Origin: Cyanophora paradoxa CCMP329
Lineage: Eukaryota > Plantae > Glaucophyta
NCBI GenBank assembly: GCA_004431415.1
Contig: QPMI01000138.1
Location: 124,001 to 188,000 of the forward strand
Direction of reading: 5' to 3'
Length of the DNA stretch: 64,000 bases
Shown here: positions 1 to 13,500 of the stretch, piece after piece
Numbering within the stretch: the first letter of the stretch is position 1
How the letters are laid out: each line of letters begins with the position of its first letter
Program-made: the position numbers and the translations under genes
The notes under the pieces: model-generated
Told to the model about the DNA's origin: nothing
Seen by the model: the letters and a program-made list of their open reading frames with translations, nothing else
Database searches by the model: none

Positions 1-1530
1 CAGTAGGCCTGACGGCTCTTTCGCGAGCAATTGGACGCTCTGCAACATACGAATGATGACGCCCCCCGGTGCGCCACAGTCTGTGCTCCAAAGTTTAATC
101 ACTTCAGCTCCCGAAGTGCTTTTCCTCACTGCAATTGGCGAAGTTTACGCTATTATTGCCGGAGAGTTCCTCAAGCTTGTACCGTACGATCGCACGTTCA
201 CCTACGACGGCTCTCCGTGCGTGTCGCTTCACGCCCAGACTTTTCACATAAAACTAAACAAAGTCGAGATGTGGATTGAGGATATATATAGACAAATGGG
301 CACCAAGATCTGCGTTTGCGAACAAGAACTAATCCACTTAATAAACTGAGTAGTAGCAAGCGCACGAAGAGGGCAGTATTAACTATTTGATAACAATTCA
401 AGCGTTATTGGATATTTGGTAATCACGAGGTTGAAAGCATTCTGCAGCTGAATGCGACCATCCCTTTAGGTCGTATGATTCGGCCTACCCGACGACGGCA
501 AACCTCACCTACACGTGGAGCCTGTATCCGCTGGATAAGCCCTACGGCGATCCGAGCCTCATCACCCGCGTCGGGCCGCTGGCGGGGCCCCTCGTGCCCC
601 TCACCCCTGCCACGGCTGCAGCTGGCGGAGGTATCGGTGCGCATAGCCAGCTCATATAACAATTGCAAAATGCATATGACCGGGGTCGCGGTATAACGTG
701 ACATCTTGCAATTGGATTCGCTCATGGATTTGCAGATGGCTTCTCTCCGGGGCAATTGTACACCCTTTACCTGGTAATAAACAGCAGCAGACCTGACGGC
801 TCTTTCGCGAACAATTGGACGCGGTGTGACATACGAATGATGACGCCCCCAGGTAAGTTGCCGTGAATGATCCACGCATTGGTCGCTGCGGTGCTCCTCG
901 CTGAATCTGGCGCAGTGTACGCCATCATCGCGGGGCCGTATCTCAAGCGCGTGCCATACGACCAGACGTTCACCTACGACGGCTCCCCGTGCGCTTCGCG
1001 CCGAAACTTAAGCGACCCTAATTACAACATTAAACAATATATAGTTCCGATTATCAAATACGCTTCTCAAACTCGCTGTCAATGACAGCGGTTTGACGCA
1101 TAAGCAGAGCACCTAAGCATATCTTATTCAAAGCTCTCATATCAGCAGCCTGCTGTTGATTCTGATCCTCTTCTCCAGGTCGTATGATTCGGCCTACCCG
1201 AAGACGGCAAACCTCACCTACACGTGGAGCCTGTATCCGCTGGATAAGCCCTACGGCGATCCGAGCCTCATCACCCGCGTCGGGCCGCTGGCGGGGCCCC
1301 TCGTACCCCTCACCCCTGCCGGAGCTGGCGGAGGTATCGGTGCGCACTAGCCCAACACACACGCGCGCGCGATTGCGATTAACTGTGTGCCTCTGGCGCT
1401 GTGCTTCTCGCCCAACCAATTGCAGACAAATTCTTTGCGGGGCCAGTGTACACGCTTTACCTCGTTATCAACAGCAGCAGACCGGACGGCACGTTTGCGA
1501 GCAATTGGACACGCTGCGACATCGACCTGA
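1..1530 (+). repeat. Tandemly duplicated exon sets encoding Ig/PKD-like repeats (about 700-780 bp period)
   Basis: Exon 470-636 is nearly identical to 1179-1340 (SYDSAYP.TANLTYTWSLYPLDKPYGDPSLITRVGP). SSRPDG.FA.NWT.C.I recurs at about 1-60, 780-850 and 1470-1525. The introns between them have diverged. Confidence 0.8.
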
Positions 1531-4500
1531 CCAGCGATCTTCCTGTCCGCGCCATCATCGCAGGAGGTGTTATTTTGCGTTCTCAACGCTCCTGTAATTC
1601 AAGCACTGATAGCGGGTACATCATCCGCAGGCAATCGCGTCGTGGGAAGCAAAGCCACTTTCTTCGTGGACGGTTCTCCGTCGAACGACCCCTCATGCCC
1701 TTCTACGGCCACCAAGCTTTACCACTGGCGCCTCGTGGCATTCCGAGCTCCTTTCAGCAGGCCGTTCCTTCACGAAGTCGGACCGAGCGCCCAGGCTCGC
1801 ATCCCGTTGACGCCCAGCTCTGCGGCAGCATCGGCCACCGAAAAACCGATCGGTACGTACCGGATCATGAATTCATCGATATCGATGTTGTGCGAATATT
1901 GAACCCACTAAACTCATGAATGTCGATCCGCATGCTCAGACGGATTTGAGCCCAACAAGAACTACACGATCCACCTCCGTGTTATTTCGACGTGCCCCAA
2001 TGGCGCCATGAGCGAAGATAATACCACAGCGACTATTGAAGTTCTCCCGAAGGCCCTTCCTGTCGTTGCGATTGACGTGAGATCTTTAGCTTTTGCGTTC
2101 GAGCTCGAGCACCATCCAAAAGAACGATTTGCAGGAAACACTCTCGCCAACAAAGAACATCACGAGGATTCCGATTGACGAGACGCTTTACCTGCGTTGT
2201 CGCTCGCGCGTCGCGGAAGATCCCGGGTACGACGCAATTGCGGTGTCCCAGTGGGTCGCTCCCAACGATCCGGAGCTACAGAACATTTCCATGTGTGTAT
2301 TTCTTTCTTGTTTTATGCACTTTAGCCCGCATGATCAGACAATTTGCTGTCAGGTACATGATCCCCGGGATGGTAGCGGCGGAGCATTTCCTTACTTTCT
2401 CCCCGCGTAACCGCCCTCCAATCGTTCCCGGAAAACTGTACACAATTCGCTGCACGGCGAGCTATCCAAATGCACCTCCGAATGAAGTTGGTGCGTGATT
2501 CTGCCAAGCGTGAAATTTCGATTCGAATTCATTCTTCTTGTCGTCCCATTCAGTGTTCGACGAGAAGCTCGTGCGTTTTATCGCACCGCCTGAGCCCGGC
2601 GTTTGCAAGATCGAGCCTCCCGAGGGCATAGTCTTCCGCGATCGGTTTACGGTCAGCTGCTGGGACTGGAAACCAGCAAGCAATCACACTTCTGGCTACC
2701 CTCTTCAGTACGCCCTTAAGGTGCATACGCTTGTGAATGTTTGGTGGATATTTCTGCCACCCTCGGGTGTATTCAATTCCCGTACGTCTCATTTGGCCGT
2801 GGGATGACAGCGGCCGACTCCGGAAGGCGCGAGAGAAATGCTCGTTCCCTCTCAGCCTTCCACAACCATGTCAAACTTGGCGCTTCCAGTAGGAAACCCC
2901 GTTCCTCTCGCAGCCACGGTGTGCGACTCAGGACCTCGCGCGTAATTATATAAGCGCGGACGCCGTTTGTGGGGTCTGAACTTTCGCTTGCAAATGGCAG
3001 ATCACTGATGCGAATGGGGCCTGGACGGGTATGCACACAAAGCGCAAGCTCGAAATTGCAAATTTGTCAGCCGATCTTTTGTCTCGCAGACTATCCGCTC
3101 AGCGCCATCGTCCGAGCCCCTGATGACATATGCGAGGCATACATGGGGCACCACAAAGAGCTGACTGAGGACAGCACGTTATCCACTCGACAGAGAGATA
3201 TCTCGATTCTATCGGCAGTGAAAGCAGCATCTACTGTTCTTGCGTTGAATAGCACCACAGGTACGTATACGCATGCGCCAACCCGTTTTCTGCAGCGAAG
3301 GGATACTTACTCGTGTTCTACACTTGCTTCAGACCCCTGCCCACGCTTGAGTAAGACGTCGACACTGGAGGCGATGGTGGGGCACGCTTGCGGCGCAATC
3401 CAGTCGGCGACGTCGATTCCAGACAAGCTTCAGGGCGCCTACGCGTTGACAGCGCTATCAACTCCCGTTTCAAAGTAATGGCCATCAATCCTGCTTGACT
3501 CGCATGCGGATACGAATGATAATACTGATTCCCGCATGCTGTTGCTGCTATTCGCAGAAATTTGAACACCGCTTGGCAAGAGAAGCTCCTGAGCTGCTTC
3601 CCGGAGTTCGACCCGTGTGACCTCCCCCCCGACATGACCGACGCGATGCTCGATGCGGTGCACCTCTTCGCATCGATGTCTTCGTCTCTGAGCTCACCGC
3701 CCGCGACGGCGTTTCCGCAGACAATCCAAGCCCTTGCCGCGGCTATTAGGTTAATAATCACCTCCGCGCCCTCATTTTACAGACTTATGAATGCATAATC
3801 TTAACCGTAATCGCCAGCGGGGAGAGCTGGACGCCCGCAGCGAAGGCGAACCAGAGCGCGGCCGCGTCGATTACGGGCGGCCTCGCGGATCAGCTGCTGG
3901 CCTTCGTAAAGAACCCCCAGGCGGCCCTGGCGCGCTGCAGGCCCTGCGGACAAGGGCTCAAGAACCGCAAGAAGGAAGTCGTCAGCCTGACGTCCGGGAA
4001 GAGTGCGCCAGTTTCGCTCGAAGAAAAGTTTCTAAGCTTGAGCTCAATGTCTTCGAATTCGGTCTGACTTCTTCATCTGGCGCGCAGTCTGCTTCACTGG
4101 TAAACACATCAATACTTTAGCTTTGCAATGCATATTCATGCGCACAATGACTTCGCGGCCGGTGGCCTTTGCACAGACAAACGAGAGTACTATCCAATCT
4201 TGCAGGACGCAACCTCGAGCATGGGACCATCAAGAGTGCTGCTGCCGAAAGGAATCAAGCTTTTCGTGCCGACAGAAAATACGGACGGTTTCGCGGTTTC
4301 CTGCATGACGATCGCGAAGAATCCGGTGCTTATATTTTGCTATAATCGAACCTATGTGAGCGTCAGCGTAGCATAGGGCAGTGTATGGCTGCCAAATAAA
4401 GGCAGCCTTGCTTACGCACATATGTACAAGGGGCGCACTTACAAGTTATAAGTGCGCCCCTGGGGTACAAGCCTCAGTCTTGCTTCGCAGCCAAGGCCTC

Positions 4501-7500
4501 TAAGCTGAGGTCATGGCTCGCTCGCGGAGGAGCCCATCGTGGGCCCCTCTGTTCGTAGTCGTCTTGACCATCATTCTGCTCGTCGCCTGTGCCGAGGCGG
4601 CGCAGAAACGCAAGTCAACGGCCACTGGTGCGCGCAAGTCGGCCAAACCCAAGACGGCGACGACCCCCGCGCCCCAGGCCCGGAGGTCGTCATCTCGTCT
4701 TCAAGCTCCGGCCAACGACAGTGCGGAGGAGGAGCAGCCTGCACCTCCGCCGACGCGATCTCGCAAAGGCAAGGAGAAAGCCGTGTCGCCGGATCCGGAC
4801 CAGCAGCAGTCCGACCCAGAAGATGAACCTGAGGACGACGTTGCCGTTAGACTGGCACAGCGTGAGCAGTTCGGTGGCGCCTACGACGAGGAAGAGCAAG
4901 TGGCTGCGCGCAACTTTCCGAACTTGGCGCAAGTGGATCCGGGCGCGGCTGGCCCGTCAACCGGCTTCACCCGTCACCTTCAAGGCCCTTATGCTGTACC
5001 CGCTGGCAACTCGACTGCCCCAACGTCGACCAAACCGGCAGCGGGTGCGCTTCCGCCAGCGTGGGCTGAGCTACTTCAGCGTGGGATAGATAGCGCGGTC
5101 ATCAAGCTTCAAGAGCAGCAGCAGCAGCAGCTCGGCGAGCAGCAGAAAGACAACCATGAGGCTATGCAGCTCAAAAACCCGTGGCTTCGTGAGCTTGCCC
5201 TGCAGCTATCGCAGCTTAAGTTTCAGCTCAAGAGATGCTCTTCGTGCACTGCGTGCTACGATCACGTAAAGCAGAGCCTCAAAATCCTCGACGAGCTCCG
5301 GAAGCGGATCGACATTCGCGACAAGGGCGGCGACAAGCTTGCCGAGCGGCTGGCAGGTGTGCCAGAGGAGTATCGGGGCACGGCTGCGGCGCTGGCGCAC
5401 GCGCTCAACATTGCTGGCCCGGAGGCCGCCGGCGGGCGCCCGTATGTGCAGCACGCCAACCCGCGGCCCCAGCACCAGGGCCGCGATCGCCCGCCGTCGC
5501 AGCGCAACAGCGGGATGTGTTTCCGCTGCAACAAGCCCGGGCATGTCGTGAAGGATTGCCCGAACGAGCCGCGCCCCGGCTGGCGCGACCCCCCAAGTAG
5601 ACGTGCGCGCCCTTGTGTGGACGCGCAGTTTTCGTTTCGCATTTCGCTAGATACTAGTGTTTCGGTGTGTTCTTGCAAGCATAAGTATTGCTAGCATATG
5701 CAAGTGCAGTCTTCAGAAGATCTAGAGTGTGCGTGTATGCTTCCCTAAACATGCAATACATGTATTATGCTTCCATTTCATGTGATGGTGTACATGTGGC
5801 CGGGTGCGGCATTGTGGCCGGGTGCGGCATAGTCATTACCAGCCGTGGTGGCGCCGGCGTGCTGTGGCTTTATGCATTGGTCCTGTGTGCATTTGCATGT
5901 GTTAACACTGTGAAGTGTGACTGTGATTGTAGTCTACTTTTCTTTTCAATGCTAGTGGCATATATTGCCGTCTGGATGACTCCAACCTGGCAGAGCCCCA
6001 GCTGACTCCCGGCAACTGACCTGTTTCCAGCACAGGTCAGGAGTGCTGCTGGCTGTCGAGCTCCTGGCCCCTCCGGCCTTCCCGTGTGTCGCTATCGCAT
6101 ACTGGGCGCTCTGAAATTAACCTAGTGCATTTTGCAGGTGAGGAGTACACAAGGGTACGAAGATTCCATGATGCCAACTGTTCCCGCTGATATCGCAGGT
6201 TGGCGCATTCATCCAGAAAGTCCATGCCTGTGCAAATGTGTTGTGGCACTGTGGGTGCATTGTGGCACTGTGTGTGCATGTGAGCTCAAGACTTGAACCA
6301 ACAAGCACATTGACACGCTCACTCTTATATTCTTCATGACAAGACATGTTGTGCTTAGCTTGCTGTAAGCAAGGCTGCCGTGGCAGCCATACTCGAACCT
6401 ATGTGAGCGTCAGCGTAGCATAGGGCAGTGTATGGCTGCCAAATAAAGGCAGCCTTGCTTACGCACATATGTACAAGGGGCGCACTTACAAGTTATAAGT
6501 GCGCCCCTGGGGTACAAGCCTCAGTCTTGCTTCGCAGCCAAGGCCTCTAAGCTTCTTCCCGTTCGCGTGTCACCATCTTCAAGCCAGCGGCTGCATGGAC
6601 CATCAGCTGTAGCAGTGCTAGATGGGCACCGCGATAATTGGGCATGTCTGCCAATGCAAGGCCTCACCTCACTTTGCAGGAGGCTTTGTTGCATCCTGCA
6701 TTCAAGCTGCAGTCCAACAGTGGAGAGCGATTGGAGCCAATGATGTCGTGCTCAACTGGATCTTGCGTGGTTTCCCTTTGTCAGGAGCGAGGCGGCTGCC
6801 AGCAGAGCGCCGGGCCAACCACAAGTCTGCGGCTGTGGACCATCAGGACTTTGTGAGAACCGAAATTCAGAAGCTTTTGCGCACGGGAGCGATCAGAGAA
6901 GTTGAAGAAGCTCAAGTGAACATTGTCTGCTCACTGTCCGTGGTGCCCAAGAAGACTGGATCCAAGTTGCGGCTCATCTGGGATGGCCGGCCTACCAATA
7001 AAGGCCTTCCGGACATCCCCTTCAAGTATGAGACTCTTGAGCATGTTGCAGCCATGCTGCGCCAAGGCTGGTACATGTTCACTATTGACCTTGAATCTGG
7101 ATACCACCACGTGCCAGTCTCACCGCAAGACTGGCGGAACATGGGCTTTGAGTTTGACAGCAAATTCTATGTGTACACAGTTTTGCCCTTCGGCCTCAAG
7201 CACTCACCGTTTGCATTCGTCAAGATCATGCGACAAGTGGTCAACTACTTCCGCCGCTTTGGCATCTTCGTGGTGAACTATGTTGACGACTGGTGGTTTG
7301 CTGCTCCAACCTACGAGAAGGCCTGTGAATTGCGGGATTTCGTCCTCAAAACATTTGCTGCCCTCAAGCTTGTGGTCAACAGCAAATCTGAGCTCACCCC
7401 AGCACAGTCGGTGGCTTTCTTGGGCTTCATAGTGGACTCCGCCCGCATGTTGTTTGAAGTACCCCAAGACAAGCTTGGTCGTCTGCTTGCTTTGATCAAA

Positions 7501-10500
7501 GGGCTTCTGAAGAAAAAGAAATCAGCATCTGCACGTGAAATGGCCAAGGTCGCCGGCACCCTTGTGTCCATGGCACGGGGCTTGGCTCCAGCTCGCATCA
7601 AGACCAGGTCCCTCTTTCGATACATCAATGTCGTGGCAAGAGAATGGCATTGGAATCATCCAGTGGAGCTCACCAATGAGACTCGTCGGGAACTTGAGTG
7701 GTGGCTGGCCAACATCCACCGATACAATGGCCGCTGCCCTATTCGGCCTGAAAGGCTCCTTGTGTTGACTACGGATGCAAGCCATGTTGGTGCAGGAGCC
7801 TGGATCACTACCCGAATTGGTGATGCTCAACCTGTGGCTTGGGAGCTTGAGCCTGCCCCATTCCAGTGCCTGTGGAACCAAGAAGAAGCTCAGCAAATTT
7901 CGTCGTGGCGCGAGTTAATGGCAGTGCTTCGCGCTATGCAGCACTATCAAGGTTTATTGCGCAATCAGAACATCTTAGTTCGCTCGGACAACACAGTGAC
8001 TGTGGCCTACATCAACAATGGTGGCGGAAGACATGAATACCTTTGCCGAGTTGCAGCAGCAATTTGGGATATTGCTCTGCTCAATTGCATCAGCATTGAA
8101 GCAGAACACATTCCTGGTGTTGACAATGAGTGGTCCGATGCTTTGAGTCGCTACTTTTACCCCGCCGACTACTCTTTGAAACCTGGGTATTTTGCCATGG
8201 TCAGTCGGACATTTGGACCTTTTGATATTGATCGTATGGCCTCATCAGCCAACACTCACCTAAATCGATACTTTTCCATTGATTTGAATGATCGACATGC
8301 TGAAGGATATGATTGCTTTACAGCAACCTGGCGTGGTGCTCGTAATTACGTCTTTCCGGACCCAAATGTCCTCTTGCACCTTGTGTCACATGTCCGCCAG
8401 TGTAGGGCCTCGGCAGTTTTTATTGTCCCTCAGTGGCCCTCAGCTCCATGGTGGCCACAGTTGCAGCTTGCCTTGCGTGCACCTGCAATGGTGCTTGGCC
8501 CAGCATATGACGTGTGCTATCGCGGGCCTCGCTCGGCACAGTTACCTTCCTGGATTCTTGTTGCTCTTTATGTGTCGTGGGAGTAGATTGAAGGCTCTTG
8601 CTGCAGAATTCAACTCCTGCTCATCTCTGCTCAGCTTACTTTGTCCAGCAACAGGGATAGAAAGCTTGAGTGGGGGCTTTAAAAAGAAGAAGAAGAAATG
8701 TAGTCTGACATACCCTTGACTCTGGTGATGCAGGTGCTCGTATGGCTGATCTGCTCAACCGGGTCACTTTCTACAGAACAAACTCTGTGAGCGAGCGAAC
8801 CCAAAGCCTCTACGCCCGCTGGGTCGTCCTCTATGAAGGCCATTGCGCGGTTCACTGCATTCCAGCCTGGCCACCAACAGCTTCTGGCGTCGCAACACTG
8901 CTGGTGGCTCTTGCTGATGAAGAGTACGGTCTCTCAGCAATTGACCAGTGTCACTCTGCTCTGCTACATCAGACAAGGCAGAGGATGTTGCCTACTACTG
9001 CATTTGCTCACCCCCTTGTGCTGCAAACATTGCAAGGAATCGCCCGACTTTGTGGAAAACCAGCAAAGCAATCTGCATTGGTCACGTCCGTCCACCTGGA
9101 GGCGATTGCTCGTACCTACGCTCGTTCCCCTCAAACAAGCTCCTTCGCGCCCTTGTGATGTTGCTTACCGGTTTCTTTGGCCTGTTGCGGCGTGGCGAAA
9201 TCGTGGCACTCCGGCGGCAAGATGTGTCCATCCGCGCGGATCGCGTCGTGCTCTTCATTGCCGGTTCCAAGACCGATCGTCGTCGCCAAGGCGCGCAAGT
9301 TGTCTTGGGCGCCGTCCCAGAGTCGGTCATCTGTCCGGTGTTCTGGTTTCGAACCTACTTGCGGACTCTAGCGCTCGCGGATCCGGGCGCACCTCTTTTT
9401 GGGCAGCTTCGGGACGCAGCTCGTTCTCTGTCAGCTCAGACCGTGGCCTATGTTCTCCGGTTCGCATTTGACGCGGCGGGCTTGGACGCCACTGGTATCA
9501 CACCTCATGGCTTGCGTCGCGGTGGAGCTACTGCTCTGGCTGCTGCGGGCGTGCCTGAAGAGCTTGTTCAAGCGGTTGGTCGCTGGTCTTTGTTGTCAGC
9601 GGTCTACCGACGCTATATCGATTCTGCTGAGCGCCCGCCCTTGGCTGCGCTCATGGCTAGGCCTGGTGCTCGTTACGCTGGCCCGTCAGCTTCGCCTGCA
9701 TGACGATCGCGAAGAATCCGGTGCTTATATTTTGCTATAACACGCCTTCAAACCTTTTCGAAGTTCTCTTGGCAGTTTTCGATCGAGAATAAACCGTTTG
9801 ACGGAGGGCCCTCGCTTCGCGCGGAGCTCGTGGGCGGTTTTGTCGATGTCACCGTCCTCGGGTGATATGCTTTCTGCGATCTATATATCAATCACTTATA
9901 CAGCGCTCAACTTACGTGAACGCAGGTCGCTCATCTACGGGCTTGATCCAAATCTACCGATCATTATAGAAATTCCCTTCCCGCCTACGCAGACGGCGCA
10001 GCCGACGAAACCCGTGGTACTCCTGTTCTGGAACGCGACGCGAGCCAGCTGGGATCGCTGCGGACCTGATATGAACATGGAGCTGGGAGACGCGGACAAC
10101 GTCGACAGTCCTGGAGACATTTTCATTCGGAACGTGCGCTTCTTTCGTGGTTCGTTTCCTGCAAGACCGGATGGCTGAGGCGTCGGGGCGATCGAACAGG
10201 GGACGTGGTATGCTAGGGGGCGGTGTACACATCTGGTCAGCTCGGAATATATATTTGATATTCGACTTCATTTGCAAACTTGCGAATGATCCTGACGGCA
10301 GACTACTTTCACTGTCGGGCGGCTGATTCCTGATGTTGCAACTTCGGCCGCAAATCCTATCGCGCCCTGGCTTGCACCCAAGGATTCTACAAACGAGCAG
10401 GTGTCATTCCATTCTTAAAAGCTTCACAACTATAACCTGCCATGTCTGACTCCTTCTTTGCAATAATGCGTTTTAGGAGTCAAACGATTCGAAGACGAAA

Positions 10501-13500
10501 TCATTGATCGCCGGAATAACGGCGGGCGTCGGCGCGGCCGCAGTACTTGCGGCTGCTGCTTACGTCTACACCTCCCGGGAGAAATTCGTTTCCAGCGCCT
10601 TGAACGCAGGAAAGTCCGCGTCGACGTCGCCAGCGTCGTCTCCAAGCTTAAGCTCGACGCCGCCTTCAACATCGACATCGCCCGCCCCCAATGCCCCGGG
10701 AAGTCTGCAGCTCACCAGCGTCTCCGCTGGCGTCCTGGGCGGCACGGGCGCGACGCTCTCGTGGAGCCCGCCCGCATCCGGCGCGCCGGCGAGCTACCTC
10801 GTGCTGCAGGACGGCAAGCCGGTGGCCGCCGTTCCGGGCGGGCAGACGTCGACCGACATCTCGGGCCTGTCCAGCAGCAGCCCCTCGACGCTGCAGGTCG
10901 TGCCCCTCGACGCGAACGGCGCCGCGGGCCCGGCCTCGTACCCGCTCTCGGCGGGCGCGGCGCCGTCGCCCAACTCTGGCATCAACCTCACCGCTTCGCC
11001 CGCCTTGCCGAACAACTCGAGCGCCCAGCTGGCCTGGAACACGCCCGCCGGCATCCCGCCGTCGGCCCTCACCGGGTCAGCCCCGCCCCGCCCTCCGTCC
11101 CCTCTCGGCCTGGGGCTGGGGTCCCGGGCGGCACCCCTGACGCGGCTGCTTTCTCGGCGGCAGGTACGCTGTCACGCTCAACGGGCAGCAGGTTGGGGCC
11201 GTGCCGCCCTCGGGCTCGGGCTCGAACTCGTTCACGGCCAAGGGGCTGCCCCCGGGCGGCCCGGCAGTCTTCTCCGTCGTGCCCCTCACGAAGTCGGGCG
11301 ACGGCCCTGCCAGCAGCCCGGTACCCCTTGCGCCCTACACGGGGCCCGGCGCAAGCCCCGCGGGGCCTGCGGGCGGCAGCGGTGGCGGCGCGGGCGGCAG
11401 CACCCCCTCGGCCCCCTCGAACCTGCAGCTCACCAACGTCTCCTCCGGCCCCATGGGCGGCACCTCGGCCACCCTCTCGTGGAGCCCGCCAGCGACGGGC
11501 GCGCCGGCGAGCTACCAGATCATGAAGGACGGCGTCCCCGTGGGCACCGTCTCGGGCAGCAAGACCTCGATGAGCGTCTCGAACCTGCCGCGCGACGGCG
11601 TGACGTCTCTGAGCGTCGTGCCGCTGAACCCGCGCGGCGAGCCGGGCACGGCCTCGCCCCCGCTCGCGGCGGGCATCCCGGCGAACCCTGGCGCCGGCAT
11701 CACGCTGACGGCGGCGCCGGCCTCGGCCTCGAGCGCGCGCCTCTCGTGGAACCGGCCGCAGGGCGGCGCGGGCCCCACCGCGCAGTACGTCGAGTTGGGT
11801 CCCGAAACCGTTTTGTTTTCGCGGCAATGCTGACGGGCCGGCCCGCGCGCCCGCCTGCAGGTTCGCCGTCCTCAAGAACGGCCAGCCGATCGCGACGGTT
11901 CCTGCGACGGGCGCCGGCCCGAACACCTTCACGGCGACGGGCCTGCAGCCCGGCGCCCCCGCCGTCTTCTCGGTGCTGCCGCTCTCGCCGGAGGGCGGGG
12001 CGAGCGGCCCGGCCAGCCCGCAGGTCCCCGTCCCGCCGTCCTCCGGTGGCGGCGGCGCAGGGGCAGCCCCGAGCCCGCAGGCGCCCTCCAGCCTGCAGCT
12101 CACCAGCGTCTCCGCTGGCGTCCTGGGCGGCACGGGCGCGACGCTCTCGTGGAGCCCGCCCGCATCCGGCGCGCCGGCGAGCTACCTCGTGCTGCAGGAC
12201 GGCAAGCCGGTGGCCGCCGTTCCGGGCGGGCAGACGTCGACCGACATCTCGGGCCTGTCCAGCAGCAGCCCCTCGACGCTGCAGGTCGTGCCCCTCGACG
12301 CGAACGGCGCCGCGGGCCCGGCCTCGTACCCGCTCTCGGCGGGCGCGGCGCCGTCGCCCAACTCTGGCATCAACCTCACCGCTTCGCCCGCCTTGCCGAA
12401 CAACTCGAGCGCCCAGCTGGCCTGGAACACGCCCGCCGGCATCCCGCCGTCGGCCCTCACCGGGTCAGCCCCGCCCCGCCCTCCGTCCCCTCTCGGCCTG
12501 GGGCTGGGGTCCCGGGCGGCACCCCTGACGCGGCTGCTTTCTCGGCGGCAGGTACGCTGTCACGCTCAACGGGCAGCAGGTTGGGGCCTTGCCGCCCTCG
12601 GGCTCGGGCTCGAACTCGTTCACGGCCAAGGGGCTGCCCCCGGGCGGCCCGGCAGTCTTCTCCGTCGTGCCCCTCACGAAGTCGGGCGACGGCCCTGCCA
12701 GCAGCCCGGTACCCCTTGCGCCCTACACGGGGCCCGGCGCAAGCCCCGCGGGGCCTGCGGGCGGCAGCGGTGGCGGCGCGGGCGGCAGCACCCCCTCGGC
12801 CCCCTCGAACCTGCAGCTCACCAACGTCTCCTCCGGCCCCATGGGCGGCACCTCGGCCACCCTCTCGTGGAGCCCGCCAGCGACGGGCGCCCCGGCGAGC
12901 TACCAGATCATGAAGGACGGCGTCCCCGTGGGCACCGTCTCGGGCAGCAAGACCTCGATGAGCGTCTCGAACCTGCCGCGCGACGGCGTGACGTCTCTGA
13001 GCGTCGTGCCGCTGAACCCGCGCGGCGAGCCGGGCACGGCCTCGCCCCCGCTCGCGGCGGGCATCCCGGTGAACCCTGGCGCCGGCATCACGCTGACGGC
13101 GGCGCCGGCCTCGGCCTCGAGCGCGCGCCTCTCGTGGAACCGGCCGCAGGGCGGCGCGGGCCCCACCGCGCAGTACGTCGAGTTGGGTCCCCGAAACCGT
13201 TTTGTTTTCGCGGCAATGCTGACGGGCCGGCCCGCGCGCCCGCCTGCAGGTTCGCCGTCCTCAAGAACGGCCAGCCGATCGCGACGGTTCCTGCGACGGG
13301 CGCCGGCCCGAACACCTTCACGGCGACGGGCCTGCAGCCCGGCGCCCCCGCCGTCTTCTCGGTGCTGCCGCTCTCGCCGGAGGGCGGGGCGAGCGGCCCG
13401 GCCAGCCCGCAGGTCCCCGTCCCGCCGTCCTCCGGTGGCGGCGGCGCAGGGGCAGCCCCGAGCCCGCAGGCGCCCTCCAGCCTGCAGCTCACCAGCGTCT

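Larger units (their letters stand above)
4346..9694 (+). mobile_element. DIRS-superfamily tyrosine-recombinase retrotransposon (gag, RT-RNaseH-MT, YR) inside an intron of the REJ-like gene
   Basis: Three typical ORFs. 161-bp direct repeat at 4346-4506 and 6393-6553. Flanked by a 46-bp duplication of host sequence (4300-4345, 9695-9740). Confidence 0.93.

Noticed and set aside
4346-6553. LTR retrotransposon with A1/A2 as LTRs
   Set aside because: No TG..CA ends, PBS, PPT or integrase. The linked pol is DIRS-type with a YR.
9120-9140. Programmed frameshift in YR
   Set aside because: There is no slippery heptamer. One missing C in a C-run explains it (error or copy-specific mutation).
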